Origin: a virus
Lineage: Duplodnaviria > Caudoviricetes
Length of the DNA: 64,000 nt
Direction: 5' to 3' (one strand)
IMG/VR virus record: IMGVR_UViG_2639762904_000002
Coordinates: 3,973-67,972 of that record
Part shown: positions 29,988-38,746 of the stretch, piece by piece
Position numbering within the stretch: the stretch's first letter is position 1
How the letters are laid out: each line of letters starts with the position of its first letter
Made by a program: the position numbers and the translations under genes
Notes under the pieces: model-generated
Seen by the model: the letters and a program-made list of their open reading frames with translations, nothing else
What the model was told of the DNA's origin: nothing
Database searches by the model: none

Positions 29988-32900
29988 ATGGCGAACAAAA
30001 TCGCCCTCGGGCTGGTGATCGGCGGCGCCGTCAGTTCGACTGTCGGTGCTGCGTTTAAAGATGTAACGGGGCGCATCAAGCGTCTTGAGGCGGAAGGCAA
30101 CAAGGCGCGTGTCCTGCAGCGCACTATCGGTGACACCATTCGCCTGCGCGACGAGTGGAAGAAAGCCCACGACAGCGGATCACAGGGCGCGACCAAGTTG
30201 TTGGGCCGGTTGAATTCGAACCTCGATAGTTTGAAAAAGCAGGGAATCGAGGTCGGCCGACTGGAGAAAGCCTATCGCTCTATGGGGCAAACAGCCATCA
30301 AGGCGGAGCTCAAAGCCAAGGGGCATCAGCAGATCGATGCTGGTAAGACTGGAATGAAAAGCGCCGTCGGTGCCGCTGTTGTCGGTGTCGGCATGCTGGC
30401 TGTTCCGACCAAGGTCAGTGCGGATTTTGGGGCCATTGTTCGTGATATCGCGATCAAGGCCGGCATTGCCAACAAACCGCAAGAACAGGAGATGTCGCGC
30501 AAGATCATTGATACGTCGCGCGACACCGGCATGGCGCGTAACGATGTGGCCGATGTGGTTAACCAATTGGTTGGCGCCGGCATGGACTTGAGCAAGGCCC
30601 TGGAATATGCGCCAGTCGCGGCCAAATTCGTCGTGGGGCAAGGGTCGAGCGGTGTTGATACAGCGAAGATGATCAACGCGCTGGGTCAAAATGCCAAGAT
30701 CACAGATCCTAGGCAGATGCAGCAGGCCCTGGAAGCGATTGCCTACCAAGGGCAGGCCGGTAGCTTTGAAGCGGCCGACATGGCTAAGTGGTTTCCTGAG
30801 TTGTTGGCGAACATGGGCAGCCTCGGCATTACCGGCATGGATGCGGTTACACAGTTGGGTGCCATGCTGCAAGTGCAGATGAAATCTGCAGGCGGCGCCG
30901 ATGAGGCGGCAAACAATCTCAAGAACTGGATGGGCAAAATCGGCTCTGGCGACACCGTCAAGGCGTATGCAAAGGCGGGTATTGATTACAAAGGGTCGAT
31001 GCAGACCGGTTTGCAAAACGGTATGTCCACCCTTGAAACCAGTATGTCCCTGGCGCAGAAGTACATTCAGGCCACGGATCCGAAGCGCGCGGCGGCGATG
31101 GCTGAGGCGACGGCGAAGATCAGCAAGGAGTCGGACCCGGAGAAAGCCAAGGCCATGATGGCCTCGCTGGAAGAGTCACTGCGCACCGGTGACCTGTTCG
31201 CTGACATGCAGGTAAAGGCTGCGCTCTCTGCCTATATGCAGAACAAGGCGCTGTACAGCCAGCTAAAAAACGATTCGCGCGATGCAACGGGCATTCTCGA
31301 CAAGAACCTCAGCGAGCGACGTGAGGCGTCGTCGCAGAAGTGGGCCGAAATGGCCCAGTCAATGGATGACGCGATGCGCAGCGTTGGGGACGCCCTGCGC
31401 CCAATCACAGACACCGTGGCTGAAGCACTGACCAAAGTCACCAGGGGCATTACCTCGCTGTCTGACAGCGCACCAGGTGTGGTGACGGGCATTGCGGCGG
31501 TCGGGGGAGGGTTTGTCGCGCTCAAAGGGCTGCTCAGTTCGTTCAAAATCGCTAAAGGTTTGCTCAACGTCGCGCGGGGCTCGTTGGGTGGCAAGTCCGG
31601 CGAAGTGCAAAAAGTCTTTGTGACCAACTCCAAGGATGCCGCTGGTGGCGTTGGAAAGGGCGGCGAAGCGAAAGGCAAGGCCGGCAAAGCCCTGTCCTTA
31701 GTTGAGACTGGGCTCAAGGCTGTAGCCGCTCTCAAGGGTGAATCAACAACCGATGGTGAGGGAAAGGAAGAGAAGAAGTCCGGCAAGTTAGACATTGTCT
31801 CGACTGGCCTCAAAGTGATTTCGCTCGCTAAAGAAGCTGTGTCTGGGGATGACGGCGCGACGGGTGACAATGCGGCGGCGAATGGCGACGGCATTCAAAA
31901 GGTTTTCGTCGTCAACTTGGGTGCAGTGGGTGGGCCCGCTGGAGCATCAGGCGAAGCTCGTCAGCGGGGTCGCGGTTCAAACCGTGGTCCTTTGCGTCGT
32001 CGGCCGGCGCTGCGTCGGGCAGGTAGCTCGCTGCGTGCTCGTTTGCCAGTTCCGCGGCCTGCAGTACCGGTCGCGCGTCCGGCGGTACCACGGCCTGCAG
32101 CACCGGTCTCGCGTCCGGCGGTACCACGGCCTGCAGTACCGGTCGCGCGTCCGGCGGTACCACGGCCTGCAGTACCGGTCGCGCGTCCGGCGGTGCCACG
32201 ACCTGCAGTACCGGTCCCGCGCCCGGCGGTGCCACTGCCTGCAGCGCCGGCTCCGCGTCCGCCGCTGCCTCGGCCAGCAGTACTGGTCCCGCGTCCGCCG
32301 GTGCCACTGCCTGCCGCACCGGATCCGCGTCCACCGCTGCCACGGCCTGCGGTACCGGTACCACGTCCGCCTATTCCACCAGTCCCTATTTCAGGCGGGG
32401 CGATAGCGAAACTGGGCGGGGTTGTACAAGCGGTCGGTAAGATCGGCAAAGCCGCCAAGATGATACCTGGTGGCTCGCTGATGGAGGCCGGCGCCATGGC
32501 CTTCGATACCTATGAAAATGCCAAGACCAAGGACGAAAAGGCCGAGGGTTATGGCGCTGCTGCCGGCAATCTCGCCGGCACCATGGCCGGTGCTGCTGCA
32601 GGGGCGGCTATTGGCTCGGTGGTGCCAATCATCGGCACCGCTATTGGTGGCCTGGTAGGGGCTTACTTAGGCAGCATGGGTGGTTCGGCGCTGGGCGGTG
32701 CTGCAGGTAAGTCGTGGTTCGGAGGGGAGGACGAAAAGCCCGCGCCACCGGTGACGCCGTTGTTGATGGCGCCTCGACCGGGCCCAGCCATTCCAAGCTT
32801 GGCCGCCATGGGCAAGTCATTCAACCGGGCGGACGGTTCGGGTGCATTGCTGATGGCGACTGCACCGCAAGCGCCGGTCCTGGGTGATGTCGCTCGCTCT

Positions 32901-33143
32901 CTAGCCGTGTCAGCGCCGACCAAGCCAGCGGCTGTAGCGATCCAGCCCAAAGAGCCGGAAAAGCCTGTCCCGGCCAAAGTGGATCAGCAGTTTCAGTATT
33001 CGCTGAATATGCCGGTTACGGTGCAAGGGGATGTGAAAGACCCGCAACGCTTGGCGCAAGACCTCATGCCGCACATGCGGTTAATGATGGCTGATGCGGC
33101 GAAGCAAAACGCCGCGAAGCTATACGACGAACCGCACCTGTAA
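29988..33143 (+). CDS. Tail tape measure protein with Pro-rich repeat insert
   Basis: 1051 aa, Ala/Gly-rich, position. Confidence 0.92.
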   Translation: MANKIALGLVIGGAVSSTVGAAFKDVTGRIKRLEAEGNKARVLQRTIGDTIRLRDEWKKAHDSGSQGATKLLGRLNSNLDSLKKQGIEVGRLEKAYRSMGQTAIKAELKAKGHQQIDAGKTGMKSAVGAAVVGVGMLAVPTKVSADFGAIVRDIAIKAGIANKPQEQEMSRKIIDTSRDTGMARNDVADVVNQLVGAGMDLSKALEYAPVAAKFVVGQGSSGVDTAKMINALGQNAKITDPRQMQQALEAIAYQGQAGSFEAADMAKWFPELLANMGSLGITGMDAVTQLGAMLQVQMKSAGGADEAANNLKNWMGKIGSGDTVKAYAKAGIDYKGSMQTGLQNGMSTLETSMSLAQKYIQATDPKRAAAMAEATAKISKESDPEKAKAMMASLEESLRTGDLFADMQVKAALSAYMQNKALYSQLKNDSRDATGILDKNLSERREASSQKWAEMAQSMDDAMRSVGDALRPITDTVAEALTKVTRGITSLSDSAPGVVTGIAAVGGGFVALKGLLSSFKIAKGLLNVARGSLGGKSGEVQKVFVTNSKDAAGGVGKGGEAKGKAGKALSLVETGLKAVAALKGESTTDGEGKEEKKSGKLDIVSTGLKVISLAKEAVSGDDGATGDNAAANGDGIQKVFVVNLGAVGGPAGASGEARQRGRGSNRGPLRRRPALRRAGSSLRARLPVPRPAVPVARPAVPRPAAPVSRPAVPRPAVPVARPAVPRPAVPVARPAVPRPAVPVPRPAVPLPAAPAPRPPLPRPAVLVPRPPVPLPAAPDPRPPLPRPAVPVPRPPIPPVPISGGAIAKLGGVVQAVGKIGKAAKMIPGGSLMEAGAMAFDTYENAKTKDEKAEGYGAAAGNLAGTMAGAAAGAAIGSVVPIIGTAIGGLVGAYLGSMGGSALGGAAGKSWFGGEDEKPAPPVTPLLMAPRPGPAIPSLAAMGKSFNRADGSGALLMATAPQAPVLGDVARSLAVSAPTKPAAVAIQPKEPEKPVPAKVDQQFQYSLNMPVTVQGDVKDPQRLAQDLMPHMRLMMADAAKQNAAKLYDEPHL
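32052..32390 (+). repeat. In-frame tandem repeats (~36-bp unit, PRPAVPVARPAV and variants)
   Basis: Repeated CCGGCGGTACCACGGCCTGCAGTACCGGTCGCGCGT. Confidence 0.9.
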
Positions 33144-33152
33144 GGGGGGCCT

Positions 33153-33998
33153 ATGGCTTATATGGAACAGATGCAGTCGGGCTTCAAGTACCTGGTTGAA
33201 GCCGGGGAGGCTGGTAGACGTAGTGCTGAGGGCATGCTTGGGCCGGTCAACGGTGCAATAAGGGAGATAACGGGGGCAGCGGCCGAGCTGGAAAATATCC
33301 CGTTCGTGGGGCCTGCTGTCGGTGCCAAGCTCCAGCGGGTGATGCGCGGCGTGGATGCGGCACAGGCCAAGGCCGGCCAGGTGCTGGCTGTGTACAGTCG
33401 TGCGACACGGGGCGCCGCCGAAGTGCAGGAGCGAATGGGGGCGCTGAAGGAGCAGGCGGGAAAAGCTGCGACAGCGATCAACAAGGTCGCCGGAAAGGTC
33501 AATCCGTCGTTGGCAAACATCGTGCCCACCAGCGCATTTGCCGTGGATGCCACGCCGGCACCGGAAGCGGTGAAGCCATTTCCGCACCTGCTGATCATCC
33601 AGCCCAGGGATCCTAAGATTCAGCCGTACTACTTCAACTTAGATACGGCGGCCTTCGACGAATTGAGTCGCTCGACCGAATTCCGCTGGGCTTCACAGGA
33701 GCGGCTATCGCGGCGCCCTGCGCAGCAGGCCGTGGGCATGGGCGAAGAAAAGCTCACACTCAAAGGTACGATTTATCCCGGCTTCAAGGGTGGCCTCAAG
33801 CAGCTTGACACGTTACGCACCATCGGTGGGCGGCTGCAACCGCTCACTCTGACCACGGGTTATGGTGAGGTGATTGGCACCTGGTGTCTGAAGTCGATCA
33901 ACGAGGAGCAGGGCGCGCTGCTGCACGGCGGTATCCCGCGTAAACAAGTATTCACTCTGGAGTTCACGCGCTATGGCGACGACATGCAGAACGTCTGA
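33153..33998 (+). CDS. Tail protein gpU family with N-terminal extension
   Basis: RWASQERL..RPAQQAVG...PLTLTTGYG. Confidence 0.85.
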   Translation: MAYMEQMQSGFKYLVEAGEAGRRSAEGMLGPVNGAIREITGAAAELENIPFVGPAVGAKLQRVMRGVDAAQAKAGQVLAVYSRATRGAAEVQERMGALKEQAGKAATAINKVAGKVNPSLANIVPTSAFAVDATPAPEAVKPFPHLLIIQPRDPKIQPYYFNLDTAAFDELSRSTEFRWASQERLSRRPAQQAVGMGEEKLTLKGTIYPGFKGGLKQLDTLRTIGGRLQPLTLTTGYGEVIGTWCLKSINEEQGALLHGGIPRKQVFTLEFTRYGDDMQNV

Positions 33999-34179
33999 CG
34001 GGGACATGCTCGATGTCATATGCAATAACGTTTATGGGCACTTGAACGGCAGCGTCGAGGCAGTTCTGGATGCCAATCAGGGCTTGGCAGACGAGCCCCA
34101 GCCTTTCCGCGCTGGTGTGGTGATCCTGCTGCCGGATCTGCCAGCCCCGACCGAGGAAGGGATTAGCTTGTGGGACTGA
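33973..34179 (+). CDS. Tail protein X
   Basis: GDMLDVIC...VLDANQGLA...LWD. Confidence 0.9.
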   Translation: MATTCRTSDGDMLDVICNNVYGHLNGSVEAVLDANQGLADEPQPFRAGVVILLPDLPAPTEEGISLWD

Positions 34180-34272
34180 CTCCGAACGGCACCGCCTGCA
34201 GCCCGTTGCGTTAAGCGAAAGGAAACTTTGTATTCAGCCCGCCCTGTGCGGGTTTTTCTTTGGAAAAAGACC

Positions 34273-35319
34273 ATGACCCCCACTTTTCGTATCGTTGCCG
34301 ACGGTGCCGATATTACGTCCAAGATCAATGATCGACTGTTGTTACTTAGGACTTCTGACAAGCCGGGTATGGAGTCCGACGAGTTTGAATTGCGTATCGA
34401 TGACCGCGACGGCCAGGTGCAGTTGCCCCGGCGCGGTAGCTCAATCGAGATTCACCTGGGCTATGCCGAAACATCTTTGATGCGCCTAGGGCTTTACGCG
34501 GTCGACACGGTCGAAGTTTCCGGCCCGCCGGACACGATTGTGATCAAGGGTAAAGCCAGCGATATGCGCGGCAGTGGTAAGACTATCCGCAGCGGAAGCT
34601 GGGAGGATGCGCCGTTGTCGAAGATCGTGGCCGACATCGCGGCTCGAAATGGCTGGCAGGCAGGCTGTCCGGTGGCTACGAAGGTCGCTCGTGTGGATCA
34701 GCTCAACGAGTCCGACTTTAATTTCATCACGCGCCTGGCTAAGCAATACGACTGCACGGCCAAGGTCGCGGATGGCAAGCTGTTGGTGATGCCGCGCCAG
34801 GGAGGGCAGACAGCCAGCGGCAAAACGTTCGGTGCGATCACGTTGACCCGCAGCGATCTCAGTCGCTGGCAGTTCAGCTTAGGAGATCGCAATTCGCACA
34901 AGGCCGTGGCGACTAAGCATCAGAACAAAAAGGACGGCAAATTGGCGGTGGTCACCGTCGACAACGATGATGCGCCGGACGGCTTGCCGGCGGTGCACAC
35001 GGATCGGCATATCTATCCGAACAAGACCGCTGCGGAGTCAGCAGCCAAGGCAAGGTTAGCGGCATTCAATCGATCGACCGCCGACGTGCGTTTCGAGATG
35101 CCTGGCAGGACTGACATTTTTGCCGAGCGACTGATCAACGCCCAGGGCTTCAAGGTCGGACTGGATGGCGAATACCTGGCGGATTCAGTGGAGCAGGTGT
35201 TTACCCAGTCTGGCTGGTCGACCACGGTCGAGTGCAATGCCGGCAAGCAAGGCAAATCCAAGGGTAAGAAAAAGAAGGAAACGAAGCCGCTCAAGGTCGT
35301 GAGCGTCGAGAAGCTGTAA
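34273..35319 (+). CDS. Late control D/baseplate hub protein
   Basis: DQLNESDFNFITRLA. Confidence 0.9.
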   Translation: MTPTFRIVADGADITSKINDRLLLLRTSDKPGMESDEFELRIDDRDGQVQLPRRGSSIEIHLGYAETSLMRLGLYAVDTVEVSGPPDTIVIKGKASDMRGSGKTIRSGSWEDAPLSKIVADIAARNGWQAGCPVATKVARVDQLNESDFNFITRLAKQYDCTAKVADGKLLVMPRQGGQTASGKTFGAITLTRSDLSRWQFSLGDRNSHKAVATKHQNKKDGKLAVVTVDNDDAPDGLPAVHTDRHIYPNKTAAESAAKARLAAFNRSTADVRFEMPGRTDIFAERLINAQGFKVGLDGEYLADSVEQVFTQSGWSTTVECNAGKQGKSKGKKKKETKPLKVVSVEKL

Positions 35320-35367
35320 TGCAATCCACCGCCGCCTGAGTGCGGTATTTTTTTGTCCGGAGTTTTT

Positions 35368-35931
35368 ATGACGATCACTGAACAACAGCTACAACGCATC
35401 ATGCCAAACGCCCGCCGCCAAGCGGGCGTTTTTGTATCTGCCCTGAACGCGGCAATGGCGCATCGGCAGATCAATACACCGAAACGCCAAGCTGCTTTCC
35501 TGGCGCAGCTTGGTCACGAGTCCGGTCAACTGCAGTACGTCCGCGAATTGGGTGGGGATCAATACCTGAGTAAATACGATACCGGCACTCTGGCTGCCAA
35601 GCTTGGTAATACCCCAGCTGCAGATGGTGATGGTCAACGCTATCGTGGCCGAGGGTTGATCCAGGTAACCGGGCACGATAACTACCTGCGCTGCAGCCTG
35701 GCACTGTTCGGGGATGAGCGATTGTTGCGCACTCCCGAACTGCTCGAGCAGCCGCAATGGGCGGCAGAGTCGGCGGCGTGGTTCTGGTCGGTGAATGGGT
35801 TGAATGCGCTCGCGGACCAGGACCAGTTCAACACGATCACTCGCCGGATTAACGGCGGCCTTAATGGCCTGGAGGATCGGCTGCAGTTGTGGGCCAGGGC
35901 GAGGGCGGTGTTATGCGTCTCTTCGACCTGA
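35368..35931 (+). CDS. Glycoside hydrolase family 19 endolysin
   Basis: FLAQLGHES, YRGRGLIQVTG, INGGLNG. Confidence 0.93.
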   Translation: MTITEQQLQRIMPNARRQAGVFVSALNAAMAHRQINTPKRQAAFLAQLGHESGQLQYVRELGGDQYLSKYDTGTLAAKLGNTPAADGDGQRYRGRGLIQVTGHDNYLRCSLALFGDERLLRTPELLEQPQWAAESAAWFWSVNGLNALADQDQFNTITRRINGGLNGLEDRLQLWARARAVLCVSST

Positions 35932-36455
35932 TTCCTGCGCAGTTTCGAATCGCTGTCGTCGGCGGCTTGTTGCTGATGGTCGCCGCCGGATCCGCAGCGT
36001 TGGCCTGGACAGCGCAGAAGTGGCGTTATGGCAGCGTGCTGGAGCGGCAAGCCAGGCTGCAGGCGGACACCCTCAACGAAATATCCCAAGCTTCTGCTGC
36101 TCTGCAGCGTTCAGAGCAGGACAAGCGCCTTGCCCTGGAGCTCCGCCTGCAGAACAAAGACGAAACCCACTACAAGGAATTGACCGATGAGCAAATCAAG
36201 CAGGCTCGTCTGCGTGATCGCCTGGCTACTGCTGATCTGCGGCTGTCAGTCGTACTCGCCGCCACCGAAACCACCGGCAGCTGTTCAGTGCCAACCACCA
36301 CCGCCACCGGCCGCGTGGTTCATGGCGCCACAAGAGCCCAACTTGACCCAGCGCATGCTCAACGAATTATCGGAGTCACCGATGCCGGCGACCGAGGATT
36401 GATCGCCCTGCGGGCCTGTCAGGCTTACGCAAAAGAAGTTTCTACACCGAAGTAA
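35913..36455 (+). CDS. Rz-like i-spanin
   Basis: N-terminal TM, coiled coil, ALRACQAY. Confidence 0.85.
   Translation: MRLFDLIPAQFRIAVVGGLLLMVAAGSAALAWTAQKWRYGSVLERQARLQADTLNEISQASAALQRSEQDKRLALELRLQNKDETHYKELTDEQIKQARLRDRLATADLRLSVVLAATETTGSCSVPTTTATGRVVHGATRAQLDPAHAQRIIGVTDAGDRGLIALRACQAYAKEVSTPK
36187..36402 (+). CDS. Rz1-like o-spanin lipoprotein embedded in Rz
   Basis: Lipobox LICGC then Pro-rich segment, alternate frame. Confidence 0.75.
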   Translation: MSKSSRLVCVIAWLLLICGCQSYSPPPKPPAAVQCQPPPPPAAWFMAPQEPNLTQRMLNELSESPMPATED

Positions 36456-36570
36456 AAGGAGCGGCCGGGCAGGATGCGTCAACATCCAACCCGGCCACCT
36501 TCCCCGCAGATCGTCCCTGCAAGTCCAGCCAAGGCTCCTGCTTCGTGCACAAAGCGGAGCGAGCCTAGCA

Positions 36571-36586
36571 CTGTTTATCCATACAG
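36571..36586. promoter_or_regulatory. LexA (SOS) box upstream of adenine methylase
   Basis: CTGTTTATCCATACAG (CTG-N10-CAG). Confidence 0.7.
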
Positions 36587-36604
36587 CCAAGGTCTTGCTT
36601 TTTT

Positions 36605-37399
36605 ATGTCTACACCCATCGTCCCTTGGATGGGCGGCAAACGCCGCCTGGCCGACCGCCTTATCCCGCTCTTCCCGCCACACGAATGCTACGTTGAAGTC
36701 TTTGCCGGCGGCGCCGCGCTCTACTTCATGCGTCCCCAGGCAGCGCCTGTTGAAGTTCTTAACGACATCAATGGCGACCTGGTCACGCTGTACCGCGTCG
36801 TGCAGAACCATCTGGAAGAATTCGTCCGCCAGTTCAAATGGGCGCTCAGTTCCCGCCAGGTGTTCGAGTGGCAAAAGATGACCCGCCCGGAAACCCTCAC
36901 CGACATCCAGCGCGCCGCCCGTTTCTTTTACCTGCAGCACCATGCCTTCGCGGGCAAAGTGACCGGGCAGACGTTCGGCACTGCAACGACCGGCCCGGCC
37001 ATTAACCTGCTGCGGATCGAGGAAAACCTGTCTGCAGCGTGGCAGCGTTTGTCCGGCACTTATGTTGAAAACCTGGGCTGGCTTGAATGTGCCGAGCGCT
37101 ACGACCGTGCCCATACGTTCCACTACATGGATCCACCTTACTGGCAGACCGCCGGCTATGGCGTGGATTTTCCATTTGAGAATTACGAGCGCATGGCCGA
37201 CTTTATGCGGCGCTGCAAAGGCAAGGTGATGGTCAGCATCAACGATCACCCTGATATACGGCGGGTGTTTGAGGGGTTTCACTTTGAGATGGTGGACATT
37301 CGATACACCACATCCAACCAACGACAAGGAAAGAGTGAGATTAGTGGTGAACTGGTGATCATGAACTGGGTGCCAGCCGCATTGGGAGGACTGTTCTGA
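36605..37399 (+). CDS. DNA adenine methyltransferase (D12/Dam-like)
   Basis: WMGGK, EVFAGG, NDIN, DPPY. Confidence 0.92.
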   Translation: MSTPIVPWMGGKRRLADRLIPLFPPHECYVEVFAGGAALYFMRPQAAPVEVLNDINGDLVTLYRVVQNHLEEFVRQFKWALSSRQVFEWQKMTRPETLTDIQRAARFFYLQHHAFAGKVTGQTFGTATTGPAINLLRIEENLSAAWQRLSGTYVENLGWLECAERYDRAHTFHYMDPPYWQTAGYGVDFPFENYERMADFMRRCKGKVMVSINDHPDIRRVFEGFHFEMVDIRYTTSNQRQGKSEISGELVIMNWVPAALGGLF

Positions 37400-37404
37400 T
37401 AGCC

Positions 37405-38106
37405 TCAAAAATTCTTGGATGGCACCGGCAGCAGTAGATCAGCTCCATGGTTTTTCACATTCCCCACTGCTTTGCCAACGGCATACCACTCAAAGTCCTC
37501 CACAGGCTGGCAGCATTCCTTTGCTATTTCCTCGGCGCGGGCTGGAGTAAGGCTGGGATCGATCCATTCCCTGGCGTGCTCGGGTGTCAGCACCAACGGC
37601 TTGCGGTCGTGGATGTCCACCATGCCCTGGTCACTGGCGGCGGTGATGATCACGAACCCATCGCCGTCGTGGGGATCCAGGCCAGGATGAACTTGGGCAA
37701 GCGCGCCAAAGAACATGCGTTTCTGACTCTTCAGGCGAATGAAGTAGGGTTGCTTTCTCTTCGGTTCGTCAGGGTCTTTGACCCACTCGTACCACCCTTC
37801 ACTCGGCACCAGGGCTCGGCCATTCGGCCAAAGTTGCTTAAAAAACTTTCCTGTGGTGACCGTCTCTACACGTGCGTTAATCGGGTCGGGGCGTTTGCCC
37901 TTGGCCCAGAACGGCGCCCATCCCCATTTGACTGCATCGATATGCAGCCCAACCTCTGCGGTGTGAAGCAACTGAACTCGTGTCGACGGAGCGACGTTGT
38001 AGCGATCAATTGGCTGAGCGTCATAGCCGCTGAATAGCTCTATTTGGGGACTTAGTTCTTCAATGAAGATCTCCATCCCTTCGTACTGCACAAATCGTCC
38101 GCACAT
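37405..38106 (-). CDS. SOS response-associated peptidase (SRAP/YedK family)
   Basis: MCGRF, YNVAPS, INARVET, YEW, IHDR.P. Confidence 0.93.
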   Translation of the reverse strand: MCGRFVQYEGMEIFIEELSPQIELFSGYDAQPIDRYNVAPSTRVQLLHTAEVGLHIDAVKWGWAPFWAKGKRPDPINARVETVTTGKFFKQLWPNGRALVPSEGWYEWVKDPDEPKRKQPYFIRLKSQKRMFFGALAQVHPGLDPHDGDGFVIITAASDQGMVDIHDRKPLVLTPEHAREWIDPSLTPARAEEIAKECCQPVEDFEWYAVGKAVGNVKNHGADLLLPVPSKNF

Positions 38107-38170
38107 ACGCCTTCTCCGTCTGTCGAAATCCCCTACAGAAAAATTGACCGCAAGCGTCCTACAAAGTTAA

Positions 38171-38186
38171 CTGTACATTCGTACAG
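38171..38186. promoter_or_regulatory. LexA box between SRAP and umuD
   Basis: CTGTACATTCGTACAG. Confidence 0.8.
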
Positions 38187-38206
38187 TGCATGTAAAAGGC
38201 CGCATC

Positions 38207-38239
38207 ATGAGCTTCACCATTTTAGGTCCTATCGCCGAC
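38207..38239 (+). pseudogene. umuD: 5' stub of umuD/rulA-like gene
   Basis: MSFTILGPIAD after a LexA box, then fused to transposase sequence; umuC remnant lies downstream. Confidence 0.55.
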
Positions 38240-38710
38240 GCGGGTTATACCGGGGTCGAGAAGCGCGAAGAGCACGAGGGGCGTGAGGTTATTTGGCAGA
38301 TTGCAGCCCGGCGCAGCACTTATAAAAGCATGGAAAACAGAGTGCCTTGTACAAAGCGATACGCAGATCGAGAAAGCCAAGGCTCAGGTTCGTGAGAAGG
38401 TCGAGCACCCGTTTCGGGTGATCAAGCGCCAGTTTGGCTATGAAAATGTGCGCTTTCGAGGGGTGGCCAAGAACACGGCTCAGATGGTGACGTTGTTCGC
38501 CCTGTCAAACCTATGGATGGCGCGTCGACATTTATTGGCGGGCACAGGAGAGGTGGGCGTGTAATGCAGCAAATGGGAGCTGCGAAGCGCCTTACTGCGC
38601 CCGGAAGGGCTGAAAAATGAAGATAATGGACCAAATTTCGACCGGGGTCGTTTTTTGAAAAGGACTGACGGCTCGATAGCCGGAAAACATCCGGCTATTT
38701 CAGACCATCC
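38234..38710 (+). mobile_element. Truncated, frameshifted IS5 remnant (3' half plus right end)
   Basis: ADAGYTGVEKR, KVEHPFRVIKRQFGY; terminal TTCAGACCATCC followed by TTAA. Confidence 0.85.
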
Positions 38711-38746
38711 TTAACTATCACTCATCACTTAAGGCCGGATACAAAA

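Noticed and set aside
32052-32390. Repeats as a possible CRISPR array
   Set aside because: In-frame coding tandem repeats with no unique spacers and no cas genes
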